A stretch of DNA of 31,885 nucleotides from Candidatus Thorarchaeota archaeon (lineage in GTDB: Archaea > Asgardarchaeota > Thorarchaeia > Thorarchaeales > Thorarchaeaceae). Position numbers and translations under genes: made by a program. The notes below the pieces were generated by a model. The model searched no databases and was not told where the DNA came from. It saw only the letters and a list, made by a program, of their open reading frames with translations. Positions within the stretch are counted from its first letter, which is position 1. Each line of letters begins with the position of its first letter. Shown here piece after piece: positions 1-9,813 of this stretch. The stretch covers positions 1-31,885 of the forward strand of contig PRDJ01000030.1 in the NCBI GenBank assembly GCA_003345555.1, in the 5' to 3' direction.

Positions 1-786
1 ACGTACGACGCTATGCTACTGGCATCAGGCGGAGGAATCATGGCTGTTGATAGTATTCTAGAAAAGAGGAGCAATAATGCTTTCATAATGTGTAGACCTC
101 CCGGTCACCACGCTGAGCATGATACAGCAATGGGATTCTGTTTCATCAACAATATTGCTATCGCTGCACAGCATCTTGTAGATAAGAAACACATCGATAG
201 AGTGATGATTGTCGACTATGACGGACACCACGGGAATGGGACACAACATGCTTTCTATGACACCGACAAAGTTCTCTATGTTTCGCTGCATCAAGATGGC
301 CGCACTTTGTTTCCCGGTTCAGGCTTTCCGGATGAGATTGGAACTGGAAAGGGCAAAGGATACACTGTAAACCTATCAATGTACCCGGGCGCTGGGGACC
401 GTTCCTATGACATCGGCTTCACACGTATAGTTGAGCCGGCCGCGGAAGCCTTCAAACCCCAATTTGTCCTAGTCTCTCTGGGTTTTGACTGCCACTTTGA
501 AGACCCACTGACTAGCCTTGGCCTTACTACCTCGGGCATTTCGATGATGAATGCTCGTGTTCACAGGATTGCCGAAAAGTACGCTCAGGGCAGACTCGCC
601 TTTTTCCTTGAGGGCGGGTACAACCTGAACATCGTGGGCAACGGATCTCGAAACCTGATTGAGGAACTGTCAGGGCATGCAGTCACGAAGATGGGAGACA
701 GTCACAATGAGAGCGATGCCTGCGTAGGTTACACCGAGAAGTTGGTGGCAGTCCTCGAGCGTAACTTAAAGGGAACATTGTTCTAG
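1..786 (+). CDS. Histone deacetylase-family (HDAC/AcuC/APAH-like) Zn-dependent deacetylase, 5'-truncated by the window edge
   Basis: Motifs RPPGHHA, GFCFINN, DYDGHHGNGTQ, SLHQ, FPGSG, GFD and LEGGY (catalytic Tyr present). The frame is open from base 1 (ACG TAC GAC GCT ATG), so the true start is probably upstream. Confidence 0.93.
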   Translation, partial: TYDAMLLASGGGIMAVDSILEKRSNNAFIMCRPPGHHAEHDTAMGFCFINNIAIAAQHLVDKKHIDRVMIVDYDGHHGNGTQHAFYDTDKVLYVSLHQDGRTLFPGSGFPDEIGTGKGKGYTVNLSMYPGAGDRSYDIGFTRIVEPAAEAFKPQFVLVSLGFDCHFEDPLTSLGLTTSGISMMNARVHRIAEKYAQGRLAFFLEGGYNLNIVGNGSRNLIEELSGHAVTKMGDSHNESDACVGYTEKLVAVLERNLKGTLF

Positions 787-2990
787 TTCTCTTTGTCGCC
801 AAAGTCTTCTAGGAGCGTCTGCGCCGAATCGGTAGTTTCCTGCCCCTCTTTTGTCAGTGGGAGCTCCTTGTTGCTCTCGCCAACTTCAAGACCAAGTTGT
901 TGTTTTATTGATTCTGCTATGGTTGGCCCAATTGCCGGTACTCTTGCTATCTGGTCAAGAGACGCTCGAGACAGGTCGGACAGCGTTTTTAGTCCGTGGT
1001 TGTATAGCATTCTTCCTCTTACCCTGCCTATCCCTCTCAGACTGACAAGCTCAAGAAGCTCAGGTAGAACGCCGTCTCTGACACGAGCTCTGAGGGATTG
1101 TAGAGAAGGCAGTAATCGCCATGCACCTACAACTCGGGCAATCTCTGATGCAGAATACGCCAACCAGTCTGCAGCTTCAACGTGGCGGTAGATATCACCC
1201 ATTCCTACATCGTAGTCCTCAGTAATGTCCCTCTCGGTACGCTCTGATATCCAGTCATCCAACATACGTGCAGTCTTCACTTGAGAAAGGAACTTGGAAT
1301 ATGAGTCATAGTCCTCCCACTCATCAGGCGGGGAAACCAGCAGTTCGTCTTCATGTGCAGCCACAAATACGTCATAATCCTCCTGTTCAGATTGCGTAAC
1401 GCGTACAAGTGGTTCGTCAGGAGTACTGCATATCAGATGGAGGATGCCAATTGGAGTGGCCTCGGCAATTGTTGGCAAGACATTCCGGAACAGAATCGCA
1501 GTAACGGGGTCGATGTATAACTTCGCGGCTTTCTCGCCCAAGGGCGTCGCGTACAAGTGGTCGGCTTCGTCACTCCCTATTAATCCCCCTTCCTCAAGGA
1601 AAGCCAGTGCGGATGAAACATGTTCGTCTATTTCATGACTGCTGTACTGGAATGAGAAGAAAGTACCCTCTATCAGTTGGTCGATTTCTGTCCTGTTCGA
1701 AACCGTCTTTCCGGCTATTGCTGTTAGTAGATGAAAACGTATTGCCGACTCAGATGCCAACTTCGATCTGATTTCCTCAGGATCAGCAGAAACGTAGTGA
1801 TCCATTAGGAAATCGTACTCGTCATCAGTCCTTGCAACTAAGACGGATTCCCCGTATTCGTCGTACTTGGGTCGACCTGCACGACCAGCCATCTGCTTGT
1901 ACTCTAGCACCGGAATGGGCTGGTTGCCGCGTTCCTCATCGAACCTACGGTAGTCACGGACTATGACACGTCTGGCCGGGAGGTTTATTCCTGCTGCTAG
2001 TGTAGGTGTGGCAACAATCACTTTGAGCAGATTCTGTTTGAAAGATTCCTCGACGATAGTCCGTTCCTGAGAGGCCAGACCTGCATGATGAAAGGCAATG
2101 CCGGCCTTGAGAAGCCTACCGAGAATCTTGGATGCCTCGGGGGCGTGAGGCCCGCCTCCAATCCTGTCGGAAATCCGTGAAAGCTCTTGCGAAGCCTCTC
2201 GTGATAGGTACGGACGTACAAATGGAGCAATCTTGCCTGCTACGGAAACGGCAGAACGTCGACTCGAGACAAATGTCAGAACCTGACCTTTCTCATCCAA
2301 GGTGTCGCAGACGAGATCGATGAGCTCGTCTCCCTTTGATCTCCTGATAGCTCTCGTGGAACCGTCACTGAACCTGATCCTGCCATCAAGAAGGATGCCT
2401 TCGCTAAGAGGTATGGGTCGCCATGTGCTCTTGACAAGTTCTGCCTTCAACCAGCCGGCGATTTCTTCGCCATTCGCGATTGTAGCGCTTAGAGCGACGA
2501 TCTGGATAGTTGGTATCATCCGGGCAAGCTTTGCAAGCACCATCTCAAGGGTTGGGCCCCTAGATGTATCGTTGACCAAGTGAATCTCATCAGCAATCAG
2601 CACTGCAATACTGTGTATCCACTCAGGGTCATGACACACTAACGAGTCAGCTCGTTCTGTCGTGAGAACCAAGATGTCAGCATCAGACAATTTCGTTCCG
2701 GGGGAATCATAGTCGCCAACCGACATTGCCGTCGATATACCCAGTGCCTCATATTTCGCGAACTCATTGTACTTCTCGCGTGCCAAGGATTTCAGCGGCA
2801 CGAGGTATACGGCCTTTCCCTTTCCGTCAAGAATCGCTTTGAGCATGCACACCTCGGAGACGAGTGTCTTGCCAGAGCTCGTGGGAATTGCGAGAACCAG
2901 ATTCTTGCCATCCAAGACTCCAGTATCGAAAGCTTGCTCCTGTGGAGGAAAGAGTTGAGACACACCACTCTCGCGAAGCAAAGAGATCAC
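783..2990 (-). CDS. hel308: Hel308/Ski2-like superfamily 2 DNA helicase
   Basis: Q motif LFPPQ, Walker A PTSSGKT, DEIH, SAT, FHHAGL, ATPTLAAGINLPAR, QMAGRAGRP and a C-terminal HhH (LRGIGRVRGR). The GTG start at 2990 is uncertain; the open frame extends to about 3038. Confidence 0.95.
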   Translation of the reverse strand: MISLLRESGVSQLFPPQEQAFDTGVLDGKNLVLAIPTSSGKTLVSEVCMLKAILDGKGKAVYLVPLKSLAREKYNEFAKYEALGISTAMSVGDYDSPGTKLSDADILVLTTERADSLVCHDPEWIHSIAVLIADEIHLVNDTSRGPTLEMVLAKLARMIPTIQIVALSATIANGEEIAGWLKAELVKSTWRPIPLSEGILLDGRIRFSDGSTRAIRRSKGDELIDLVCDTLDEKGQVLTFVSSRRSAVSVAGKIAPFVRPYLSREASQELSRISDRIGGGPHAPEASKILGRLLKAGIAFHHAGLASQERTIVEESFKQNLLKVIVATPTLAAGINLPARRVIVRDYRRFDEERGNQPIPVLEYKQMAGRAGRPKYDEYGESVLVARTDDEYDFLMDHYVSADPEEIRSKLASESAIRFHLLTAIAGKTVSNRTEIDQLIEGTFFSFQYSSHEIDEHVSSALAFLEEGGLIGSDEADHLYATPLGEKAAKLYIDPVTAILFRNVLPTIAEATPIGILHLICSTPDEPLVRVTQSEQEDYDVFVAAHEDELLVSPPDEWEDYDSYSKFLSQVKTARMLDDWISERTERDITEDYDVGMGDIYRHVEAADWLAYSASEIARVVGAWRLLPSLQSLRARVRDGVLPELLELVSLRGIGRVRGRMLYNHGLKTLSDLSRASLDQIARVPAIGPTIAESIKQQLGLEVGESNKELPLTKEGQETTDSAQTLLEDFGDKEN

Positions 2991-3064
2991 GCGTTGGTTT
3001 ATCGGTATCTCATCGAGACGCGTTGTTCTCCGCTCCGTTCAGAGTCACTGTAGCTGGCAGCATC

Positions 3065-6000
3065 TTATACCTGAGCTCTCTTGATCTTGCCCTCCCGGGG
3101 GTTGAAGAGGATGCCCTCTGAAACAAGCTTCCTTATGACTTCCTCCGCCCGTTCTCTCGGGAGACCCATTGAAGTGACCCTCTGAAGCAATGCATCTTCA
3201 CTAACCACAGGAGTGCCCTCTGCTTCCATGTCCTTTATTGCCTTCAGGATTATGTCTGAAGAGCTTCTCTGCGCGGCACTCATCTTAGACACCAAGCGGT
3301 CTATGTCGATCTTCCCGGTTACTGTGTCGAATGCAACCATCCTGAGCGACTCTTGCATCAGTCGTACCGCCGCCTGAGCATCTTCTTTTGTCACCTTGGG
3401 ACGCAGGGCCATCCTAGCTCTTGCTTCTGCTAGCCTTACAAGAGACTCCAGCTGACGTGCAGTTATCGGAACTGGAGCAGCACCACCCTCAGCACTCTTG
3501 CGCAGATCCACGTAGAAGTCTTCCATGACTTCAGCAGCCTCGGGAGTAAGCTGAGGTATCACGTATCTGTTGGCGAAACCAATGTACTTTTTGAGGAAGT
3601 CGGGTGGGATGGGAGGACTTGAATCCTTGGTCGGATTCTTCTTTCTCTGATGCATGTTCAGAATGAACTGAGCCAGTTCCCTGTCCTTCGTGGGTTCAAT
3701 TGTGTCTACTAGTATCCAAATCAAGTCGAATCGTGATAGAATCGTGAATGGAAGTTTTATGTTGTCCTGTACCGATAAGGACGGCTCGTACCTACCGAGA
3801 GCCGGATTTGCCGCGGCCAGAATAGATGTTCTGGCATTGAGCGTTGCCACGATTCCCGCCTTTGCTATGCTCACAGTATGCTGCTCCATCGCTTCATGTA
3901 TGGATGTCCGGTCATCTGGGTCCATCTTGTCGAATTCATCGATACAGTTATGCATCAATACACCATTGGCGACAAAATTGTGGTGATGCTTGACGTATAG
4001 GTCATAGACCCATCCATCGAAGTGTTCCTCCTCGATAGAGACTATCTCGTCCAAGAAATAGTCGCGTTTCAGCAGTTTATTGATTTCGCAACTGATTGGG
4101 ATTGGCAGTCTGTCTGCCATCAAGTCCGCAATCTTGAAGAGCTGTCGTCTCGAAGGCTGATACCTCTGGTTCTTGTATGCATGGACGGTACTCCAGATTC
4201 CTTTGTCAAGAAGTTCAGACTTGCTTCCTAGACTAATCAAATCACAGATTTCTGAGACCGGTCGGCTAGGTAGCTTCTCGCTAGCGGAGGAAACCTCGTG
4301 AATGTTATCTGGAATAGATGCGTTTCTGGCTTTGATGCTGTACTCCTTAGTGGATGCGCACAGCAGCTGCACGTCTTTTCGTCCTGTGACTCGGATCACG
4401 TTGACATTTTCTCTTTCCTTGAGCCGTGCATATACGTCTAGCCTCCGCAGAGCTAGGATAAACGTCAAATCCTTCTCTCGGTTGTTTGACAGCAGAAACT
4501 CGATGTGTGCTGTTCGGTATTCTTTGTTGCTTTTTGTCCCACTCTTCACCGACACGCACCCATCTGCGTCGAGTGCTCCAGAGACAAATGCCTTCATGCA
4601 CTCTTGGGGAAGCATCAGAATATTCGCCAGATTATCAGCAAGGAAATAGTCAATGAGATAGGTTAGAACGCTTGATCCTCGGTAGAGGGTCACGCTCTTG
4701 CTTGTGACCTGCTTTCCTCGAATCTCAGATCTCGTCGTCCGATAATATCGATTGAAATCGCAATAGGAAATTGAATGCAGTGCGTTGTCTAGGTTCCTGA
4801 TTATGTCTTCCTTCTTGGCGGATTGGTATACGCAAAAGCGTGATCTACGTCTTCTTATCGTGTAGTTACCGTCCCCGTAGACAAACCCTATCAGATATGC
4901 AAGTTCTGGGGTGACTTGGTTCGTCCGCAGAGTCTCGCCTCTACCTTTCCGGCCGTAACTGAGAAGTCTCTCTCTCCATTCTGATACTAAACCGAGGCGC
5001 CCCAATATCTCCCTCAGCTTACCCATTTTGAACTGCTGATTGCTGGACAGAATGTGTCTGCTCACTCCAAAGCATCGATTGAATTCACTCAAGCTTCTGA
5101 AATGCTGAAGGATCCTTCCTTTCAGAAGATTCTTGTCTTCTCTCTTTAGTACAACTACCCAGTCATCGGGGATGATATCGAAGATATAGATGGGACTCAC
5201 AGCATCGCGTAGCTTCAGTGGCGAAAGAATCATTTCACCAGCTTTGCAGGAACCGATATCTTTCCACTGAAGTGAGTTCCCATCAACCACCTTGTGATCG
5301 GGTGTCAATCTGATTTCGAAACCTGAGGCTAGCCTAGCTCTGATGAGCTTGCCAACATGCCTCTTCCGCCTTACCAGAGTGCATTCATCGTCGACAGAGT
5401 CAAGGTTATCGATGTCGAACGCCTTGATGCCGCCTTTGATGGGACTGACCTCCACGATCTCGCTGCCACTAGTGGCTTCCTTCTTCAACCTCTCATCGAA
5501 AAGGCTCTCGACTGTGGCTATGTGATTGTTGAAGATGACCTTCGTGCTCGGATGCAGGCACGCTACGCCCTGATCTGCCAAAACCAGGGCTCCGGCCTCC
5601 AGAGTCATTGCCCCTGTGTCTGTGTCGTGAATGACGGCTGCTGTAAGTCCTGCAGCAGTAGTTCCCTTTCCGGAGGTATAGAGACCGCGGGAAGCCAGTC
5701 CTGCAACGAACTTCAGGATTTGACTCTTACCCGTGCCGGGATCGCCTATCATGAGAATATTGGATCTTCCACGAAGATGTGTGCCATCCGAAAGCACCTT
5801 CTCAACACCGCCGAATAGCAGTAACGCAATTGACTCCTTCACACGCTCGTGTCCTTGGATTGAAGGCGCAATTGAAGCATAGATTCTTTCGTGAACATAG
5901 GGATCTTCTGCCAACTCTCGTATGCGTTTCTCATCCTCTTCTGATATCTCTACTTGCTCGTACTCCTTCTCCGCAATTTCAACACCGTTTGCTTCGATGA

Positions 6001-6751
6001 AAACGTTGAAAGTGGCCAATCGTCCCCCGCGGCGAGAGAAATCCGGAGATGTCTGGAGAAGTCCTGTCAGTTTCACCAAATCGCCGGGTCGAGAAACGTC
6101 GACAATATCACCCTCAAGTACAACGTCGACAGATCTAGGCATCTGTCCGGGGGGTAGCTCGTCTGGTGATTCCTGCACTCTGACCTTTTGCCAGTCTATG
6201 AACCTCGATTGCTCAGGAATGAGCCGCATGGCTGTCTTCTTGCCACATGTGGGACACAAAGGTGGCTCGGTGTAGCGTCCTTCCTCTTGCGTCTGAGGAA
6301 TATCCTGCCCACAGACTCTGCACCTAAAGACAGCTTCCACAAGAAGAGGCTTGACCTCGCTTGCGCGCATTAGGATTCCATTGATTTGTATTAGCTTGCC
6401 TATATGTTTTGAACGAATGTGTCTTAGGGGAACATGCTCGGAGTAATTGATAATCCGAATCCTTATCGTACTCACGTCGAGCTTCTCGACATAGTCGGGA
6501 TCCTCCATTCTCAGAATAGAGAGCAGAGCACTGCTCGCTGTTGCAAGGAATTTCTGAGGATCCTCAGTAACCAAAACAGCAAACATGTTATCGAAACTGA
6601 CTAGGTCTTGAAAGTTGACCCGCAAGGACGTTTCGTCATTGAGAGACATCTGCTCGCACTTGGGCCAGTACACGAGAGTACCGTGTTCATCTTTGTAGGT
6701 ACGTAGAAACTCCTCGAATCGCTCTTGTGGACCTTCATCAGTGCGCGACAT
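3065..6751 (-). CDS. mcm: MCM replicative helicase precursor containing an intein (about 690 aa after splicing)
   Basis: C4 Zn finger (CRVC..CPTC), Walker A GDPGTGKS, SGKGTTAAGLTA, Walker B CIDEFDKM, AAANP, LSRFDL, arginine finger TARQLESLVRL and a C-terminal wHTH. Confidence 0.97.
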   Translation of the reverse strand: MSRTDEGPQERFEEFLRTYKDEHGTLVYWPKCEQMSLNDETSLRVNFQDLVSFDNMFAVLVTEDPQKFLATASSALLSILRMEDPDYVEKLDVSTIRIRIINYSEHVPLRHIRSKHIGKLIQINGILMRASEVKPLLVEAVFRCRVCGQDIPQTQEEGRYTEPPLCPTCGKKTAMRLIPEQSRFIDWQKVRVQESPDELPPGQMPRSVDVVLEGDIVDVSRPGDLVKLTGLLQTSPDFSRRGGRLATFNVFIEANGVEIAEKEYEQVEISEEDEKRIRELAEDPYVHERIYASIAPSIQGHERVKESIALLLFGGVEKVLSDGTHLRGRSNILMIGDPGTGKSQILKFVAGLASRGLYTSGKGTTAAGLTAAVIHDTDTGAMTLEAGALVLADQGVACLHPSTKVIFNNHIATVESLFDERLKKEATSGSEIVEVSPIKGGIKAFDIDNLDSVDDECTLVRRKRHVGKLIRARLASGFEIRLTPDHKVVDGNSLQWKDIGSCKAGEMILSPLKLRDAVSPIYIFDIIPDDWVVVLKREDKNLLKGRILQHFRSLSEFNRCFGVSRHILSSNQQFKMGKLREILGRLGLVSEWRERLLSYGRKGRGETLRTNQVTPELAYLIGFVYGDGNYTIRRRRSRFCVYQSAKKEDIIRNLDNALHSISYCDFNRYYRTTRSEIRGKQVTSKSVTLYRGSSVLTYLIDYFLADNLANILMLPQECMKAFVSGALDADGCVSVKSGTKSNKEYRTAHIEFLLSNNREKDLTFILALRRLDVYARLKERENVNVIRVTGRKDVQLLCASTKEYSIKARNASIPDNIHEVSSASEKLPSRPVSEICDLISLGSKSELLDKGIWSTVHAYKNQRYQPSRRQLFKIADLMADRLPIPISCEINKLLKRDYFLDEIVSIEEEHFDGWVYDLYVKHHHNFVANGVLMHNCIDEFDKMDPDDRTSIHEAMEQHTVSIAKAGIVATLNARTSILAAANPALGRYEPSLSVQDNIKLPFTILSRFDLIWILVDTIEPTKDRELAQFILNMHQRKKNPTKDSSPPIPPDFLKKYIGFANRYVIPQLTPEAAEVMEDFYVDLRKSAEGGAAPVPITARQLESLVRLAEARARMALRPKVTKEDAQAAVRLMQESLRMVAFDTVTGKIDIDRLVSKMSAAQRSSSDIILKAIKDMEAEGTPVVSEDALLQRVTSMGLPRERAEEVIRKLVSEGILFNPREGKIKRAQV
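3947..5560 (-). mobile_element. Intein (Hint plus LAGLIDADG homing endonuclease), 538 aa, inserted immediately before the MCM Walker B
   Basis: Begins at Cys1 (GVA|CLHPST) and ends HNFVANGVLMHN|C with Cys+1. Block B is LTPDHKV. LAGLIDADG motifs are LAYLIGFVYGDG and FVSGALDADG. Removal restores ADQGVA-CIDEFDKM. Confidence 0.95.
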
Positions 6752-6861
6752 CAGTTCCAGCCTCGATAGCCATGCTCAAATCAAGAAGTCGGTATAGCAC
6801 CCGGTCTCAGTCTGATGCGTAGTCATATTGATTCGTATTTAAGCTCCTGTGTTCGTTCTCA

Positions 6862-7419
6862 TCAGGCCATCACATCATCGCGCCATTGAGATAGGAGATT
6901 CGCTAGCTCCTCGCAAAGCCAGCGCTCTTCGTTGGCCATCTGCTTGCGCATCTCAATGTAGGCACCGGATTTCGCCGTGCGTAATATTTTCGACAGCCGA
7001 GACTCAAGCAGGAATGGAATCACTCGCTTTAGTTTGTCGATTTCATCATAGCTTCTCGGATCTAAAGAGGTCTTGTCGCTCTGAAGGCGGAGCAGTTTGC
7101 GACTAAGAGCAGCATAGAGGTGTGGATGGAATGACTGAAGCTTGTGGGGCACCTTCTCTTCTGCGAGATAGAGATTCTCCACTCGTCTTAGGGAATCGAA
7201 AGCATCTTCGGGAACAATGTCGACAAGGTTGTGTTTCAAGAGCATTTCGATTATCCAGTTGGGGAGGTCTGCGTGATCCCCTTCGTGGAAGGGGCCGAGC
7301 TGACGATTGTCAGTGAGACCCACTGTGACATCCTTCCTGAACACGCATCCACGCATATCGTTCAGGAACATCATTCTGAACCGGTCTACGACTTCCTTCA
7401 CTTCTTCGTGGATTATCAT
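6862..7419 (-). CDS. gins23: GINS subunit, Gins23 (Psf2/Psf3) type
   Basis: N-terminal beta B-domain signature GPFHEGDHADLPNWIIEMLLKHNLVDI followed by a helical A-domain, 185 aa, directly upstream of mcm on the same strand. Confidence 0.8.
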   Translation of the reverse strand: MIIHEEVKEVVDRFRMMFLNDMRGCVFRKDVTVGLTDNRQLGPFHEGDHADLPNWIIEMLLKHNLVDIVPEDAFDSLRRVENLYLAEEKVPHKLQSFHPHLYAALSRKLLRLQSDKTSLDPRSYDEIDKLKRVIPFLLESRLSKILRTAKSGAYIEMRKQMANEERWLCEELANLLSQWRDDVMA

Positions 7420-7632
7420 GATAATCTGTATCCAAGAATACGCCTTGATTACCCACCATAAAGAACTTGCCGACCTTCTTTGCGGCAGGAAAGACCCGCT
7501 ACGCTGAAGATTGAGACCTTTCCATCGGAGAAATGACTGAGCTGGTCCGAAGAGTCTTTTAGGGCCCCATACTGAACTCTCTCATGGTTAACAAGGACAC
7601 TGAGTCTTCATCAAGCTAGGACGATTGATTCG

Positions 7633-8586
7633 ATGGATACAGACCTCTGGACTGAGAAGTACAGGCCTCAGACACTCAAAGAAATCGTTGGCCAACAATC
7701 GGTTATCGAAAGTCTAGTCAGGTTCGTTGAAACAAGAAATGTTCCACATTGCCTGTTTGCAGGTCCGCCCGGTACAAGCAAGACGACAGCTGCCATAGCA
7801 ATGGCCAAGGATTTGTTCGGAGACTCTCTCGATCGCAATTTCATGGAACTGAATGCAAGTGATGAGAGAGGGATTGAAGTCGTAAGAAATCAGATCAAGC
7901 ATTTCGCTCGAACTCTTCCGGCAGAGAACGCGCCATTCAAGATTCTTGTCCTTGATGAGGCGGACCACCTTACAAGCGATGCACAGCACGCCCTCAGACG
8001 TACAATGGAAAGCTATGCTGCATCATGCCGAATGATTCTGATATGCAACTATTCTAGCAGAATAATCCCGCCAATCCAGTCAAGGTGTGCAATGTTCAAG
8101 TTCTCGCGGTTGAGTGATGCGGATATTGCTGGCAGAATCGAGTATATTGCGAAAAAGGAAGGAATACAGCTTCTATCGAGTGGGAAAGAAGCGATACACT
8201 ATCTTGCAGAGGGGGACATGAGAACTGCGATAAACCTGCTTCAAGCTGCAGCTTCTGCTAACAAGAAAATCACGGATACGGTCGTCTATGGAATGTCAGG
8301 CCAAGCAGACCCGGCTAAAGTGAGAGAGATGCTGGCGATGACCCGGTCCTCTGACTACAGTGGTGCTCTTGGGGTGCTTAATGGTCTCATCTACCAACAA
8401 GGGCTCTCGCCGCTCGACTTAGTACGGCAGATACATCGAGAAGTCATGAAGCTGGAGATTCCTGAGGACCAAAGGATGAGGATTCTTGAAAGAACTGCAG
8501 AGGCGGAGTTTCGAGTTGCAGAAGGTGCCAACGGAGAGATACAGCTTGCGGCACTACTATCGTTTATCGGCGTGGGAACGGCGTAG
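7633..8586 (+). CDS. rfcS: Replication factor C small subunit
   Basis: LWTEKYRP, ELNASDERGI, LDEAD, AQHALRRTME, IQSRC, GDMRTAINLLQ. Walker A reads GPPGTSKT. No intein. Confidence 0.96.
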   Translation: MDTDLWTEKYRPQTLKEIVGQQSVIESLVRFVETRNVPHCLFAGPPGTSKTTAAIAMAKDLFGDSLDRNFMELNASDERGIEVVRNQIKHFARTLPAENAPFKILVLDEADHLTSDAQHALRRTMESYAASCRMILICNYSSRIIPPIQSRCAMFKFSRLSDADIAGRIEYIAKKEGIQLLSSGKEAIHYLAEGDMRTAINLLQAAASANKKITDTVVYGMSGQADPAKVREMLAMTRSSDYSGALGVLNGLIYQQGLSPLDLVRQIHREVMKLEIPEDQRMRILERTAEAEFRVAEGANGEIQLAALLSFIGVGTA

Positions 8587-8589
8587 GAA

Positions 8590-9813
8590 ATGAGCGAAGA
8601 GACTACTCCTTGGTCTGAGAAGTACAGACCCAGCAGCATGAATCAAGTTGTCGGCAATACCGAAGCTATGAATGAACTCCGAGACTGGGTAATATCTTGG
8701 AAAAGGGCGCCCCAGAAGGTCAAGGCCATTCTGCTGTTAGGACCGCCCGGTGTTGGCAAGACATCTGCGGTAATCGCCCTCTGTAAGGATCTGAATGCTG
8801 AACTGGTCGAATTCAATGCAAGCGACAAGCGCAACAAGGGGGTAATTGAAACAGAAGTCTGGACTGCAGTTACCCAGCAGACTCTTGATGGACGAATGCG
8901 GGTCGTTCTCTTGGATGAAATTGATGGACTGTCAGGCACAAGCGATAGAGGTGGTGCGGGAGCAATCCTCAAAGTGATTGCCGATTCTGTCCATCCAGTC
9001 GTGATGACGGCAAATGATCCCGAGAGCCCACGTCTTAAGGAGATTATAAAGTATTGTCGAGTTCTGACAATAAGACCAATCGAGCTGCAGGATATGATCA
9101 GTGTACTGAAACGCATAGCACACCTGAATGAAGCAGAAATCCCAGACAATGTCCTTGAAGAGGTAGCTGAGCATTCAAGTGGAGACTTGCGCGCCGCCAT
9201 ATCAGACCTAGAAGCAATTGCCATAGGTGGCCTTTCTCTTGGAGTAGGCGGTCTATCTTCGAGAGACGTGCGGCGAGGTATAAGAGAGACGCTCAGCCGG
9301 CTGTTTATGGCAACTAACCCCATAGTCGCCAAGAGAGCCCTCTCAGAAGCGGATGTGGACGAGGAAGAAATGATACTGTGGCTGGAAGAGAACATGAACT
9401 TGCATCTCACAACCCGCAGTGAACAAAATCGAGGATATGAGGCGCTTTCGCTAGCAGACTTGGCACTTGGAAGAATCCGACGAAGGCAAAGCTGGAGATT
9501 ACTGGCTTATATTCACGACTTTATCTCGATGGGAATAGTAGTAGGCCGCTCTGAGACGCCCTTCCGACGAATCGATTATTCTGAACCTTCTTGGCCACTC
9601 TTGGCTTGGCGTGGTGCTAGGAGAACTGACAAAATCATGGAGCCCCTAACCAAGCTGTCGCGCATTGCAGGGGTCTCAAGACGAAGAGCGGCCCGGGTTT
9701 ATTATGATGCAATTGAGCAAACCGTAGCACGAGATCCAAAAAGCGGAGAGTTCTTCGCTCGATGGTTGGGTGTCAGTAGGGGACTCCTAGGCTCGAAAGC
9801 AAGTCGTCGTTGA
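8590..9813 (+). CDS. rfcL: Replication factor C large subunit
   Basis: PWSEKYRP, GPPGVGKT, EFNASD, LLDEIDG, GDLRAAISDL; 3 nt downstream of rfcS. Confidence 0.93.
   Translation: MSEETTPWSEKYRPSSMNQVVGNTEAMNELRDWVISWKRAPQKVKAILLLGPPGVGKTSAVIALCKDLNAELVEFNASDKRNKGVIETEVWTAVTQQTLDGRMRVVLLDEIDGLSGTSDRGGAGAILKVIADSVHPVVMTANDPESPRLKEIIKYCRVLTIRPIELQDMISVLKRIAHLNEAEIPDNVLEEVAEHSSGDLRAAISDLEAIAIGGLSLGVGGLSSRDVRRGIRETLSRLFMATNPIVAKRALSEADVDEEEMILWLEENMNLHLTTRSEQNRGYEALSLADLALGRIRRRQSWRLLAYIHDFISMGIVVGRSETPFRRIDYSEPSWPLLAWRGARRTDKIMEPLTKLSRIAGVSRRRAARVYYDAIEQTVARDPKSGEFFARWLGVSRGLLGSKASRR

Noticed and set aside
793-6373. Many 60-150 aa ORFs opposite hel308 and mcm, and similar ones across the window
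   Set aside because: They are antisense or alternate-frame shadows of well-supported genes, Ser/Arg-rich, with no motifs.
9773-9813. 41-nt convergent overlap of rfcL and truA (also a 4-nt HDAC/hel308 overlap)
   Set aside because: Short tail-to-tail overlaps are common in compact archaeal genomes.
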